Shown here: positions 39,901 through 48,623 of the stretch, in pieces | How the letters are laid out: each line of letters begins with the position of its first letter | Numbering within the stretch: position 1 is the first letter of the stretch | IMG/VR virus record: IMGVR_UViG_3300032282_004021 | Coordinates: 1-53,896 of that record | DNA: 53,896 nucleotides | Origin: a virus | Taxonomy: Duplodnaviria; Caudoviricetes | Direction: 5' to 3' (one strand) | Notes under the pieces: model-generated | Databases searched by the model: none | Seen by the model: only the letters and a program-made list of their open reading frames with translations | What the model was told of the DNA's origin: nothing | Position numbers and translations under genes: made by a program

Positions 39901-41796
39901 TATGTGGTTTATCCAAAAAAAGGTGGAAAGAGATTAGGAACACATGATTCATTAGTATCGGCAAAGAAGCAACTTTCAGCAATTGAAATAAACAAAGAGG
40001 ATATAAATGTTAATGTAAATCCAGGTGATGTAGTTTTAATGGGCAAATTCAAAAACAAACGTGTAAAAATAAAAGATATAGGTGAAGACCCACACGGTAT
40101 GCCAACTATAAATGGTAAACAAGCAACAACATTCCGAAAGGTTAATGAAGTATCACTTTTAGATAAATGGATTGATGATAATATTGAAACATACTTAAAA
40201 GAAGGCAATTTTGTAGCATTATCATTTGGTGAAGACCAATCATTTCGTTCACCATATCTGAAAAAATGGGAAGAATGGGATATGTGTGGAAAAGCATTAG
40301 CCGATATAATTGGATTTGAAGTTTATGGACATACTTCGGAGTCATTTAAAGAAAAGGGTGAAGGAAAAGTTCTACCAACAAATAATCCAACGGAAGAAAA
40401 CGGACCAGGTAAAAGATGGATGCACCCCTCAAAACCAAAAGAGTACGCAGAAGATAAAAAAGTAAAATGGGAAATGTACCCATTCAATTCCAGACCAGCT
40501 GCATATCAACCACCACCTGATATTGGAACGCAAGTTGATGTTTTCAAATACGATAAACCATCAGTAATAAAAGAGAATATTCAAGAATGGAATCAATTAC
40601 TATTAGAAGGTGGCGCATATGGACATATGTCACATCCATTTGATGATATGGATTTAACATTTGGACAACTTAAAGATATTATTACAAGGGCATTAGATGG
40701 TAATTTGGGTGTAGTAAGAGAAAAAACCGATGGACAGGCATTAGCAATAAGTTGGAAAAAAGGAAGATTAATTGCAGCACGTAATAAAGGGCATTTGGAA
40801 AACGCAGGAGCAAACGCAATGGGGATAAATGATGTAGCATCTAAATTTCAGGGACGTGGTGGACTTACTGATGCATATAATTACGCAATGCAAGACCTTA
40901 ACGCAGCAATAAGTGGTTTATCAAAGGGTCAACGTGATAAAATATTCAATGAAGGTAAATGCTTTATGAATATAGAAGTAATCTGGCCAACTTCTGTAAA
41001 TGTAATTCCTTATGGACAAGCTCTATTAATATTTCATAATACAACTTGTTACGATGAAAAGGGAACGGCAATAGGAGCTGACCAATCCGCAGCTAGAACA
41101 TTAGCAGGAATGATAAAACAAGTAAACGCAGATGTACAAAGTAAATATACAATTCAAGGCCCCCCAATAACTTCAATTCCAAAAAATGAGGATTTAAGTT
41201 CATTAAAGGGTGGGTATCTTTCAAAACTTTCAAAACTACAAAACGAATTTGGTTGTAATGATTCCGATACTATGGCAGTATATCATCAGCTTTGGTGGGA
41301 AAATTTTATAAATAAAAAAGCACCTGCAAAAGTTGACAAAATTACAAAAGATGCACTTATAAGAAGATGGGCATTCGGAGATAAATCTTTTAGATTAAAT
41401 ACTATATCAAACCCTGAATTACAAAAATGGGCAATTCAAAATGATAAAGTAAATGTTCAGAAACAACAAAAAGATAATATGCGTCCATTTGAAGAAATCT
41501 TTTTAGGAGTTGGTGCAGATGTACTTTCATTTGTAAGTTCGGTACTAACTGTACACCCTGATAAGGCTATTCGTAATATGAAGGATAGATTAAAATCAAC
41601 AGCAGATCAAGTTCGTAAAGCTGGGAGCCCTGCTCAAATACAAAAATTAAAATCAGAATTAGAAAGATTAAATAATTTAGGCGGAGTGGATAAGATAGTA
41701 GCATCCGAAGGTTTAGTATTCTTTTATGGTGGAAAGACTTACAAGTTGACCGGAACTTTTGCACCTCTAAATAAAATTATAAACATATTTTGGTAA
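36937..41796 (+). CDS. Multidomain protein: HxGH nucleotidyltransferase, Gly/Ala hydrophobic segment, HExxH peptidase-like domain, KxDG ligase-like domain
   Basis: GRFQPFHRGH...ISGT; GAIGGAIGG; GHELVHRKQ; GHMSHPFD, EKTDG, NIEV, EGLVF, YKLTG. Confidence 0.8.
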   Translation: MNLINEVDKPTVKKIIVIYSGRFQPFHRGHYASYQKLVSKFGKDNVYIGTSNDTSGPKSPFNFKEKKQVATTMFGIPSNRFVQIQNPYQPIEILKKFDGKTTQYIAAVGEKDATRLHGKYFKPYKGKPGYGYDEIGYVYAVPAEPNPISGTDVRKGLGSGNAETKKKFFLKAYPKMDKDIFKMITTKIGKLNEAGPLQGAGMAVDFGPNPLSHKKDDEKDGVTEDGFPGGVFTGLVSPGGYINGAPQPKDVAKLSKKIHKKDNTKTNKDYVYDPISEIIHKILFEEEAPNTVMDKEISYKATDGSEKKITVRNALRLSKDHPAHIQAKKLTGKEEPKAEKPKEKGEKDSKKGAKEIPAENPKATEPKGPAPIKLSGAELKSDAEKSPEEKHQEKSKMELDSKMKEVSPEDVKAGKEMNDTNSPERQEMKKNSQNWLSKMGNKMWEGAKKWGNEKKEMLAGTGAAIKTLASGGKVGSIKGTDGKWVHHTDFKIKSEELDTKTGKNKTVWKDKSDLTPEQQSLKKKSEHEDHKQRHALKHTAKDVGLLALSMVGAGAIGGAIGGMVTHGAAGIVHGAAHGITSIIGHGAAGFGTHVAKDIAKHSAFEAMGLGGHHAAGATAAMGAIGHLLEGDDEQEGQSHEKFVDTLLKKTIQIMMDKTLSDEQMLRAVETYQKESGDTNLKSLAKTIDESAISKSKVQNIADFVGYATKKLKLKDKPKIKLILGQDYSKQNSTLGGYSPDTKDIVVVIPNRMTADICRTIGHELVHRKQDELGLIKNSNTAGTTGSPIENQANSVAGILLRDYGKINKEIYSEGKILLDETSYMSTDGDDQPNGAWLPKGAQRVLGADDGVNKSDYWFHNGGYIQLEFPEADKILGDEDENQIYVQYITKNVPRQSGPKTVFNKNPEKAKIISEMGKGDIHFKNIFQHWRDGDAKLKQKIANLVTGNKYAKSKEIVKNLLDLDITDIEWVEDEIGITLFETIKKVGSKYVVYPKKGGKRLGTHDSLVSAKKQLSAIEINKEDINVNVNPGDVVLMGKFKNKRVKIKDIGEDPHGMPTINGKQATTFRKVNEVSLLDKWIDDNIETYLKEGNFVALSFGEDQSFRSPYLKKWEEWDMCGKALADIIGFEVYGHTSESFKEKGEGKVLPTNNPTEENGPGKRWMHPSKPKEYAEDKKVKWEMYPFNSRPAAYQPPPDIGTQVDVFKYDKPSVIKENIQEWNQLLLEGGAYGHMSHPFDDMDLTFGQLKDIITRALDGNLGVVREKTDGQALAISWKKGRLIAARNKGHLENAGANAMGINDVASKFQGRGGLTDAYNYAMQDLNAAISGLSKGQRDKIFNEGKCFMNIEVIWPTSVNVIPYGQALLIFHNTTCYDEKGTAIGADQSAARTLAGMIKQVNADVQSKYTIQGPPITSIPKNEDLSSLKGGYLSKLSKLQNEFGCNDSDTMAVYHQLWWENFINKKAPAKVDKITKDALIRRWAFGDKSFRLNTISNPELQKWAIQNDKVNVQKQQKDNMRPFEEIFLGVGADVLSFVSSVLTVHPDKAIRNMKDRLKSTADQVRKAGSPAQIQKLKSELERLNNLGGVDKIVASEGLVFFYGGKTYKLTGTFAPLNKIINIFW

Positions 41797-41836
41797 AATA
41801 ACCTGTTAATTTTTATAAATTTTCATATTTATTAAT

Positions 41837-42643
41837 ATGATAATCTATAAGTGTACAAATAAAAAAACAGGAAAGGTTTATATAGGGCAAACTATAAAAT
41901 CTTTAGATAAAAGAATCACACAACACCATAAGGTTGCTAAAAAATCAAAAAGTAAATTTCATAAAGCATTAATTTCATATGGTTTTGAAAATTTTGATTG
42001 GGATATTCTAAAATCAGCCACATCTAAACAAGAATTAAATGAATTAGAAATTCATTATATAAATGAATATGATTCAATAAATTCAGGATACAATATGATA
42101 GAAGGTGGAACCGGAGGGTATAATGAATTTGCTGTTATAAAAAATAAATTAAAAATCGGCAAAAGTTGGGAAGAGATATATACACCAACTGGTTTAGAAA
42201 AAATGATTTTAAGTAAAGGAAAAAACTCAAAATTTTTAATAGACTATAATAAAAATTTATCAAAAGAAGAAAAAATAAGAAGAGCAAAAATAGGCAATGC
42301 AGCCAGAACACTTAATGGGTATAAACATTCGGAAACAACAAAACAAAAAATTTCAAATTCAAATAAGGGTAAAATAGTAACAATAGAACAACGAAAAAAA
42401 ATATCAGAAAAAACAAAAGAAGCAATGCAAAATGTAGATAAGGAATTGCTTGGAAAAAAATCAGTTGAAGCTCGTAAGCCATATTGGGATAAAAAACATA
42501 AAGAACAAAAGGAAAAAATAATAGAATTAAAAAACAAAAAAATCCCAATTAAAAAAATAATAGCAGAATTAAACATATCAACACCTACATATTATAAATT
42601 GTGGAATGATATAAAATGTAATATATATTTAAAACAGTTATAA
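41837..42643 (+). mobile_element. Free-standing GIY-YIG homing endonuclease with NUMOD3 and HTH
   Basis: IIYK...VYIGQT..R, E..YI, GYN, KHSETTKQKIS; ATATTTATT at 41825; very A-rich. Confidence 0.9.
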
Positions 42644-42653
42644 AAATAATAGT

Positions 42654-43319
42654 ATGGCAAAAAGAACAAGCTTTGACCAAAAAGCAAAAGGAATTCACAA
42701 ATCACGTCAAAAAATAATTGATACTGTATTTGGTAGAACTGATAATAATAAATCTTTATTTGGATATGCGGGTGAGGTAGAAGAAAAGAAAAATGAAGGA
42801 GATATTTGGACTGATAAAGATGGAAAGACTTGGGAACAAAAAGAAGGTTATAAAATATCAGTTACAAAATTTGATGAAATACGTGATTATCTTAAAAAAG
42901 TAACAACCTGTTCTTCTGCAGATTGTAAAACAAATGAATATATACATGCTGATAAAAAGGCCATAGCAAAGACGGGTATGTGTATATCTTGTCTTAGAAA
43001 CTATGAACAAGCTCTACGAGAAGATGGTACCTGGCCGTTTTATGAAGATTACAAATTAACTTGTAACAAAATAGGATTTGGTACGGAGTTACAACAACAA
43101 TATGAAACCGCACTCAATGATATACGGGGTACATACGAACAAGTAAATGAAAACGGAAGTATATCGGAATGGGTATGGGATATTGATATTGAAAAAGTAA
43201 AAGGAGATATTCAAACCGATATTGATGATGTTATAAGTGCACTAAAAAAACTTAAAAGCCGAAAAACTCGATTAGAAAAAAAATTAAAAGAATTAGGACA
43301 TCCTGAAATAATAAGATAA
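42654..43319 (+). CDS. Hypothetical protein with putative Zn ribbon
   Basis: EGDIWTD.DGKTWEQKEG, CSSADC...CISC. Confidence 0.7.
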   Translation: MAKRTSFDQKAKGIHKSRQKIIDTVFGRTDNNKSLFGYAGEVEEKKNEGDIWTDKDGKTWEQKEGYKISVTKFDEIRDYLKKVTTCSSADCKTNEYIHADKKAIAKTGMCISCLRNYEQALREDGTWPFYEDYKLTCNKIGFGTELQQQYETALNDIRGTYEQVNENGSISEWVWDIDIEKVKGDIQTDIDDVISALKKLKSRKTRLEKKLKELGHPEIIR

Positions 43320-43320
43320 T

Positions 43321-43665
43321 ATGAAAACAGTAAAAACAATAATAATTACTGCCTTTGTTTTATTTATGGCATATTGGATAATATTTGTATTAACACCATC
43401 TTCAAAACTTGCCGAAGAAACTTACAAAAAAATTGATTCATTAAATCATAATATAGATTCATTACAAAAAGCAAATAAAATATTAGATAGTACGTTAATT
43501 AAGTATACAAATGAAATATCTGAAATTAATAAAAGTATAGAAAGAATCAAAAACGAAAAAACAATAATAAAAGAAATATATCATGAAAAGATTACTAATG
43601 TCGACCATTATGATAATAATCAGCTTGACAGCTTTTTCACAAACCGATACTACCCCCACAATTAA
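43321..43665 (+). CDS. N-terminal TM + coiled-coil protein (i-spanin-like)
   Basis: Hydrophobic residues 7-25 followed by heptads. Confidence 0.55.
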   Translation: MKTVKTIIITAFVLFMAYWIIFVLTPSSKLAEETYKKIDSLNHNIDSLQKANKILDSTLIKYTNEISEINKSIERIKNEKTIIKEIYHEKITNVDHYDNNQLDSFFTNRYYPHN

Positions 43666-43996
43666 ATGTTTTCCAATACCGGTAGTTAAAATGATTGCTA
43701 AAGACCTATTAATCGGGGATTCAGCCAAGGCTTTACTTAAACTAACCGAACAGCAATTAGATTCTACAATTAAAAAAACTTATATTCAGGATTCTATTAT
43801 TGGCGTTCATATTCAAAAAGAAGTAAACTTTAATAATATTATAGGATATGAACGTGATAAATTTAGTACACTTCAAACATATACTAATAAAATAGAAATT
43901 AATTTGAAAAACGAAAAAACTAAAAGTAAATTATTACGTTGGTCAAATTATGGATTGATTGCAGTATTGGGAGTAGTTGCATTTATACTAAAATAA
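43583..43996 (+). CDS. Secreted protein with C-terminal TM, overlapping the upstream gene (spanin partner-like)
   Basis: Signal peptide MKRLL...TAFS/Q, coiled coil, GLIAVLGVVAFILK. Confidence 0.55.
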   Translation: MKRLLMSTIMIIISLTAFSQTDTTPTIKCFPIPVVKMIAKDLLIGDSAKALLKLTEQQLDSTIKKTYIQDSIIGVHIQKEVNFNNIIGYERDKFSTLQTYTNKIEINLKNEKTKSKLLRWSNYGLIAVLGVVAFILK

Positions 43997-44000
43997 AATT

Positions 44001-45608
44001 ATGTCAGTACAAGGACAACCAAAAAAGACACTAAAAGAAATTATAGCAGATGAATATCGTAAATGCGGCCAAGACCCTATTTACTTTATGAAAAAATACT
44101 GCATCATTCAACACCCGACTCGTGGTAAAATACCATTTCACCTATACCCATTCCAAGAACAATGTCTAACCGATTTTAAAGATAATCGTTTTAATATTAT
44201 TCTTAAATCACGTCAACTTGGTCTTTCAACACTTTCCGCAGGATATATTCTTTGGAAAATGTTATTCAATCAGGATTACAATGCACTCGTTATTGCAACA
44301 AAAGTAACGGTAGCAAAGAACTTGGTTGAGAAAGTAAGAGTAATGCATGACCTTCTTCCTATATGGTTAAGAGATGGAGGTAATAGTTCAGTTGAAGATA
44401 ACAAATTATCACTCAAATTAAAGAATGGTTCACAATGTAAAGCAATCGCATCTTCACCTGATGCCGGACGTTCGGAGGCACTATCACTATTGGTTGTGGA
44501 TGAAGCCGCATTCATTAGAGATATTGATGAAATCTGGCTATCAGCACAATCAACACTATCTACGGGTGGTGCGGCAATCGTATTATCAACTCCAAATGGT
44601 GTGGGTAATTGGTTTCATAAAATGTGGGTTGATGGTGAAAGTGGAGCAAATGGTTTTCACAATATTAAATTACATTGGACTATTCATCCAGAAAGAAATC
44701 AAGAATGGAGAGATGAACAAAGTAGAATTTTAGGAATAAAAGGTGCAGCGCAAGAATGTGATTGTGATTTTGTGAGTTCAGGTGATACCGTAATAGACCC
44801 ACAATTATTATTGTGGTATAAAGATACCTATGTAATGGACCCGGTTGAAAAACGTGGGTTTGATGGAAACTTATGGGTATGGGAACATCCAAATTACAAT
44901 CGCCAATATATGGTTGTAGCGGACGTTGCACGTGGCGATGGTTCGGATTATTCAACAGCACAGGTAATTGATATTGAAGATAGTTCACAAGTAGCAGAAT
45001 ACAAAGGAAAAATTGAAACAAAAGATTTTGGAAACTTTCTTGTAGCATTATCAACAGAATATAATAACGCATTACTTGTTGTGGAAAATTCAAATGTTGG
45101 TTGGGCATCAATACAGCAAATTATAGACAGAGGGTATGGTAATCTATTCTATATGAGTAATGACCTTAAATATATAGATGTTGAACGCCAAATGACTAAT
45201 AAACATTATAGAGATGAACGTCAACTTGTAGCTGGATTTTCTACCACATCAAAGACCAGACCATTAATTATATCTTCATTGGATTCATACATACAAAATA
45301 AAGACATTCTAATTCGTTCAGTAAGACTCATAGATGAGCTATTCACATTCATTTGGAATGGTGGTAGAGCAGAAGCTATGAAGGGTTACAATGATGACCT
45401 TACGATGGCATTAGCAATTGGACTGTGGGTAAGAAACACAGCATTACGATTAAAACAAGAGGGAATTGACTTAACAAAAAATATGTTAAATGCTGCTCAT
45501 ATATCTAAACACGATGGAGTTTATACTCAAAATTCTTTTCAACAAAATCCATACGAAATGAAAACTCAAAATGGTGATACGGAAAATCTACATTGGTTAT
45601 TAGGTTAA
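44001..45608 (+). CDS. terL: Terminase large subunit (T4 gp17-like)
   Basis: LYPFQ, KSRQLGLST, LVVDEAAF, STPNG, DVARGDGSDYS, DDLTMA. Confidence 0.95.
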   Translation: MSVQGQPKKTLKEIIADEYRKCGQDPIYFMKKYCIIQHPTRGKIPFHLYPFQEQCLTDFKDNRFNIILKSRQLGLSTLSAGYILWKMLFNQDYNALVIATKVTVAKNLVEKVRVMHDLLPIWLRDGGNSSVEDNKLSLKLKNGSQCKAIASSPDAGRSEALSLLVVDEAAFIRDIDEIWLSAQSTLSTGGAAIVLSTPNGVGNWFHKMWVDGESGANGFHNIKLHWTIHPERNQEWRDEQSRILGIKGAAQECDCDFVSSGDTVIDPQLLLWYKDTYVMDPVEKRGFDGNLWVWEHPNYNRQYMVVADVARGDGSDYSTAQVIDIEDSSQVAEYKGKIETKDFGNFLVALSTEYNNALLVVENSNVGWASIQQIIDRGYGNLFYMSNDLKYIDVERQMTNKHYRDERQLVAGFSTTSKTRPLIISSLDSYIQNKDILIRSVRLIDELFTFIWNGGRAEAMKGYNDDLTMALAIGLWVRNTALRLKQEGIDLTKNMLNAAHISKHDGVYTQNSFQQNPYEMKTQNGDTENLHWLLG

Positions 45609-45621
45609 ACCCAATTTTTTT

Positions 45622-45630
45622 ATATTTATA
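45622..45630 (+). promoter_or_regulatory. Putative late promoter
   Basis: ATATTTATA between terL and the next gene. Confidence 0.6.
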
Positions 45631-45647
45631 GATTGAAAACTACAATA

Positions 45648-46751
45648 ATGCAAGAAGATTTAAATAAGTGGTTTAAAGAAAAGTGGGTAAATATAGGAAA
45701 AAAAGTAGATGGTAAGCACCCGCCATGCGGAACTTCTGGTGAAAAAAGTGGATATGCGAAATGTGTTCCTGCAGCAAAAGCAGCTGGAATGAGTAAGAAA
45801 GAAAAAGAAAGTGCAACTAGAAGAAAACGTGCAGCACAAAATAAAGCAGATAGGGGTGGAAAAAGTAGTAGTGGCCAAGGTAAAACACCGATATATGTTT
45901 CTACTGATAAAAAAAATGAAGATTGGAGTCAAAAATATAAAAATAGTATAGATTGTAATAATCCAAAAGGTTTCTCTCAAAAAGCACATTGCCAAGGAAA
46001 GAAAAAAAATGAAACTATGAACATTGAAGAAAAATTAAACCTCTTTTTAGAGAAAAATTGTCCTACCGATAAAGCCAAATGGGCAGCATCTAAATCAGCA
46101 GCTAAATCTAAATTTGATGTATATCCCTCCGCATATGCAAATGGATGGGCAGCCAAAAATTATAAAGGTAAAGGTGGTGGCTGGAGAAACTGTAGTGAAT
46201 CTGTAAATGAAATTGAAAATTGTTCAGAATGTTGGGATGATTGCGAAGGAGAACGTGATGAAAATGGTAATTGTTGGGAAGCTGAACCACCACGATATCC
46301 AAGCGATTCAATGGCATATAGGGAAATGAATGAAGAAGCGCCTATGAACCCTGCAGGAGGACAACCTGGTGGATTCTATGGAGATACATATGGAATGGAA
46401 GAAGATGATGAGGAATATGATGTAGAAAACGAAGATGATGTTAAGGAGTTCATCAAATTTATGAGGGAATATAATCAAACCTTATCTGAAGCAACTTGTC
46501 CGTGTCTATTGGAATCAGAGTATCAGGGACGAACTGTAAAGTTAGGTAAACCAATGCAAGGTGATGTTAAAAAGTTTAAAGTGTATGTTAAGAATGATAA
46601 AGGTAATGTGGTTAAAGTAAACTTCGGTGACCCTAATATGAGAATCCATAAATCAAATCCAAAAAGACGTAAATCATTCAGAGCAAGACATAATTGTGAT
46701 AATCCAGGACCTCGTTATAAAGCAAGATATTGGAGTTGTAGAAAATGGTAA
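45648..46751 (+). CDS. Concatenated small basic domains; putative internal head protein
   Basis: Modules WFKEKW..KCVP, WSQKYKNSIDC, FDVYPSAYANGW, RRKSFRARHNC..YWSC; likely start is ATG 45648. Confidence 0.7.
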   Translation: MQEDLNKWFKEKWVNIGKKVDGKHPPCGTSGEKSGYAKCVPAAKAAGMSKKEKESATRRKRAAQNKADRGGKSSSGQGKTPIYVSTDKKNEDWSQKYKNSIDCNNPKGFSQKAHCQGKKKNETMNIEEKLNLFLEKNCPTDKAKWAASKSAAKSKFDVYPSAYANGWAAKNYKGKGGGWRNCSESVNEIENCSECWDDCEGERDENGNCWEAEPPRYPSDSMAYREMNEEAPMNPAGGQPGGFYGDTYGMEEDDEEYDVENEDDVKEFIKFMREYNQTLSEATCPCLLESEYQGRTVKLGKPMQGDVKKFKVYVKNDKGNVVKVNFGDPNMRIHKSNPKRRKSFRARHNCDNPGPRYKARYWSCRKW

Positions 46752-46753
46752 AA

Positions 46754-46785
46754 TTTGGTAATGTAAAATTTTTTACTTATCTTTT
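46754..46785 (+). promoter_or_regulatory. Bacteroidota-type promoter upstream of portal
   Basis: TTTG(46754)-N20-TATCTTTT(46778). Confidence 0.45.
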
Positions 46786-46803
46786 AATTTATAAATTAAT
46801 AAA

Positions 46804-48525
46804 ATGGCAGAAAAAACAATATTTAGTAGGTTACAAAAACTATTTTCAACTAATACAATAGTTCGCAAAACATCCAAAGGAACAAAAGTAATTGATACAG
46901 ATGAGTATCAAAATATGACTACGAATCTGGTTGACAGGTTTATGAAATTAAAAGTTACAAACTATGCATCTGGCCAGATAGATTCATCACTTGCATATCA
47001 GCAAGTTCGTATTGACCTTTTTAGAGATTACGATTCAATGGACCAAGACCCAATTATATCATCAGCACTTGATATTTACGCAGATGAATGTACTGCAAGA
47101 AATGAATTTGGAAGTGTTCTTAAAATACATCATGAAGATGCCAATATAAAACAAATACTTGAAAACTTATTTTTTGATATTCTTAATGTTGAATTTAATC
47201 TTTGGCCTTGGACAAGAAATCTTGTTAAATATGGTGACCTATTTCTTCAACTTGAAATAGCAGAAGATGCGGGTATAGTAAATATATTTCCATATTCTTC
47301 ATATGAAATAACACGTGTTGAACAATTTGATCCGGCAAATCCACAAAGAGTTAAATTTGTATATGCACCATACCAAAACCCATTGGGAGCATATGGTATG
47401 AGTTCTAAAAAAGATTTTGAAAATTATGAAATAGCACACTTCCGATTAAATTCAGATTCAAACTTTTTACCATATGGTAAATCAATGATTGAAGGAATTA
47501 GACGTATTTGGAAGCAATTAATGTTGATGGAAGATGCTATGTTGATACATCGTATAATGAGAGCACCTGAAAAAAGAATATTCAAAATTGATGTAGGTAA
47601 TATCCCACCAACAGAAGTGGATAATTACATGCAGAAAATCATTAACAATTCTAAGAAAACTCCATTCGTTGATGAAAAAACTGGTGAGTATAACTTAAAA
47701 TACAATATTCAAAACCTTATTGAAGATTTTTATCTACCTGTTCGTGGTAGTGATACCGGAACTTCAATAGATACTATAAAGGGATTGGAATATAACATGG
47801 TAGAAGATATTAACTATCTAAAAGGAAAGTTAATGGCCGGACTTAAAATACCAAAAGCATATTTGGGTTATGAAGAAGATATAAATGGTAAAGCCACTCT
47901 TGCAGCTCAAGATGTTCGTTTTGCAAAAACTATTGAAAGAGTACAAAGAGTAATAGTTTCAGAATTTACAAAAATAGCAATCATTCACTTATACGCTCAA
48001 GGAATACAAGATGAACGATTAACTGATTTTTCTCTTGAATTAACACTTCCTTCAAAAATATATGAGCAAGAGCAGGTTGAATTATATACATCAAAAGTAG
48101 GATTAATTCAACAAATGCAACAAACAAAAATGTTCTCAAAAGAATGGATGTATGAAGCAATTATGAAAATGGCAAAAGATGAGCAGGATGAACAAACTCT
48201 TTCTGTATTAGAAGATACTAAACAAGCATTCAGATTACAATCAATAGAAACGCAAGGCGTAGACCCAGCAGCTGCACAACCCGAACAACCAACTAATGTA
48301 GAAGAGGAATTACAAAGATTAAAAACTGAATTAGAAGAAGATGGTAAAGTGGGCAGACCAAAAGATCCAGTAAGATATGGTAAAGATGACCACCCTATGG
48401 GACGTGACCCACTTGGTATAAAAACACTTAAACAAAAAGAAGGTTCTGTAAAATACAAACCAAGAAATAATTACCAAGAAATATTCAAAGATATGGATGG
48501 TAATAAAAAGAAACTTCTTAGTTAA
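46804..48525 (+). CDS. Portal protein (T4 gp20-like)
   Basis: ALDIYADE, MEDAMLIHRIMRAPEKRIFKIDVGN, EDFYLPVRG. Confidence 0.95.
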   Translation: MAEKTIFSRLQKLFSTNTIVRKTSKGTKVIDTDEYQNMTTNLVDRFMKLKVTNYASGQIDSSLAYQQVRIDLFRDYDSMDQDPIISSALDIYADECTARNEFGSVLKIHHEDANIKQILENLFFDILNVEFNLWPWTRNLVKYGDLFLQLEIAEDAGIVNIFPYSSYEITRVEQFDPANPQRVKFVYAPYQNPLGAYGMSSKKDFENYEIAHFRLNSDSNFLPYGKSMIEGIRRIWKQLMLMEDAMLIHRIMRAPEKRIFKIDVGNIPPTEVDNYMQKIINNSKKTPFVDEKTGEYNLKYNIQNLIEDFYLPVRGSDTGTSIDTIKGLEYNMVEDINYLKGKLMAGLKIPKAYLGYEEDINGKATLAAQDVRFAKTIERVQRVIVSEFTKIAIIHLYAQGIQDERLTDFSLELTLPSKIYEQEQVELYTSKVGLIQQMQQTKMFSKEWMYEAIMKMAKDEQDEQTLSVLEDTKQAFRLQSIETQGVDPAAAQPEQPTNVEEELQRLKTELEEDGKVGRPKDPVRYGKDDHPMGRDPLGIKTLKQKEGSVKYKPRNNYQEIFKDMDGNKKKLLS

Positions 48526-48553
48526 TTTATATTCTCATATTTGATTTTTGAAG

Positions 48554-48562
48554 ATATTTATA
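48554..48562 (+). promoter_or_regulatory. Putative late promoter
   Basis: ATATTTATA upstream of 48624. Confidence 0.55.
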
Positions 48563-48623
48563 GTTAAACTATAAGTATGTCTATTTTTCCACAATTTTAT
48601 CAAATCACGTTAATCTAATATAG

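Noticed and set aside
41797-42653. Group I intron around the GIY-YIG gene
   Set aside because: The flanks are only 40 and 10 bp, leaving no room for a ribozyme core or a second exon
1384-48623. tRNA or rRNA genes in intergenic gaps
   Set aside because: The gaps are short and AT-rich, with no cloverleaf or T-loop signature seen
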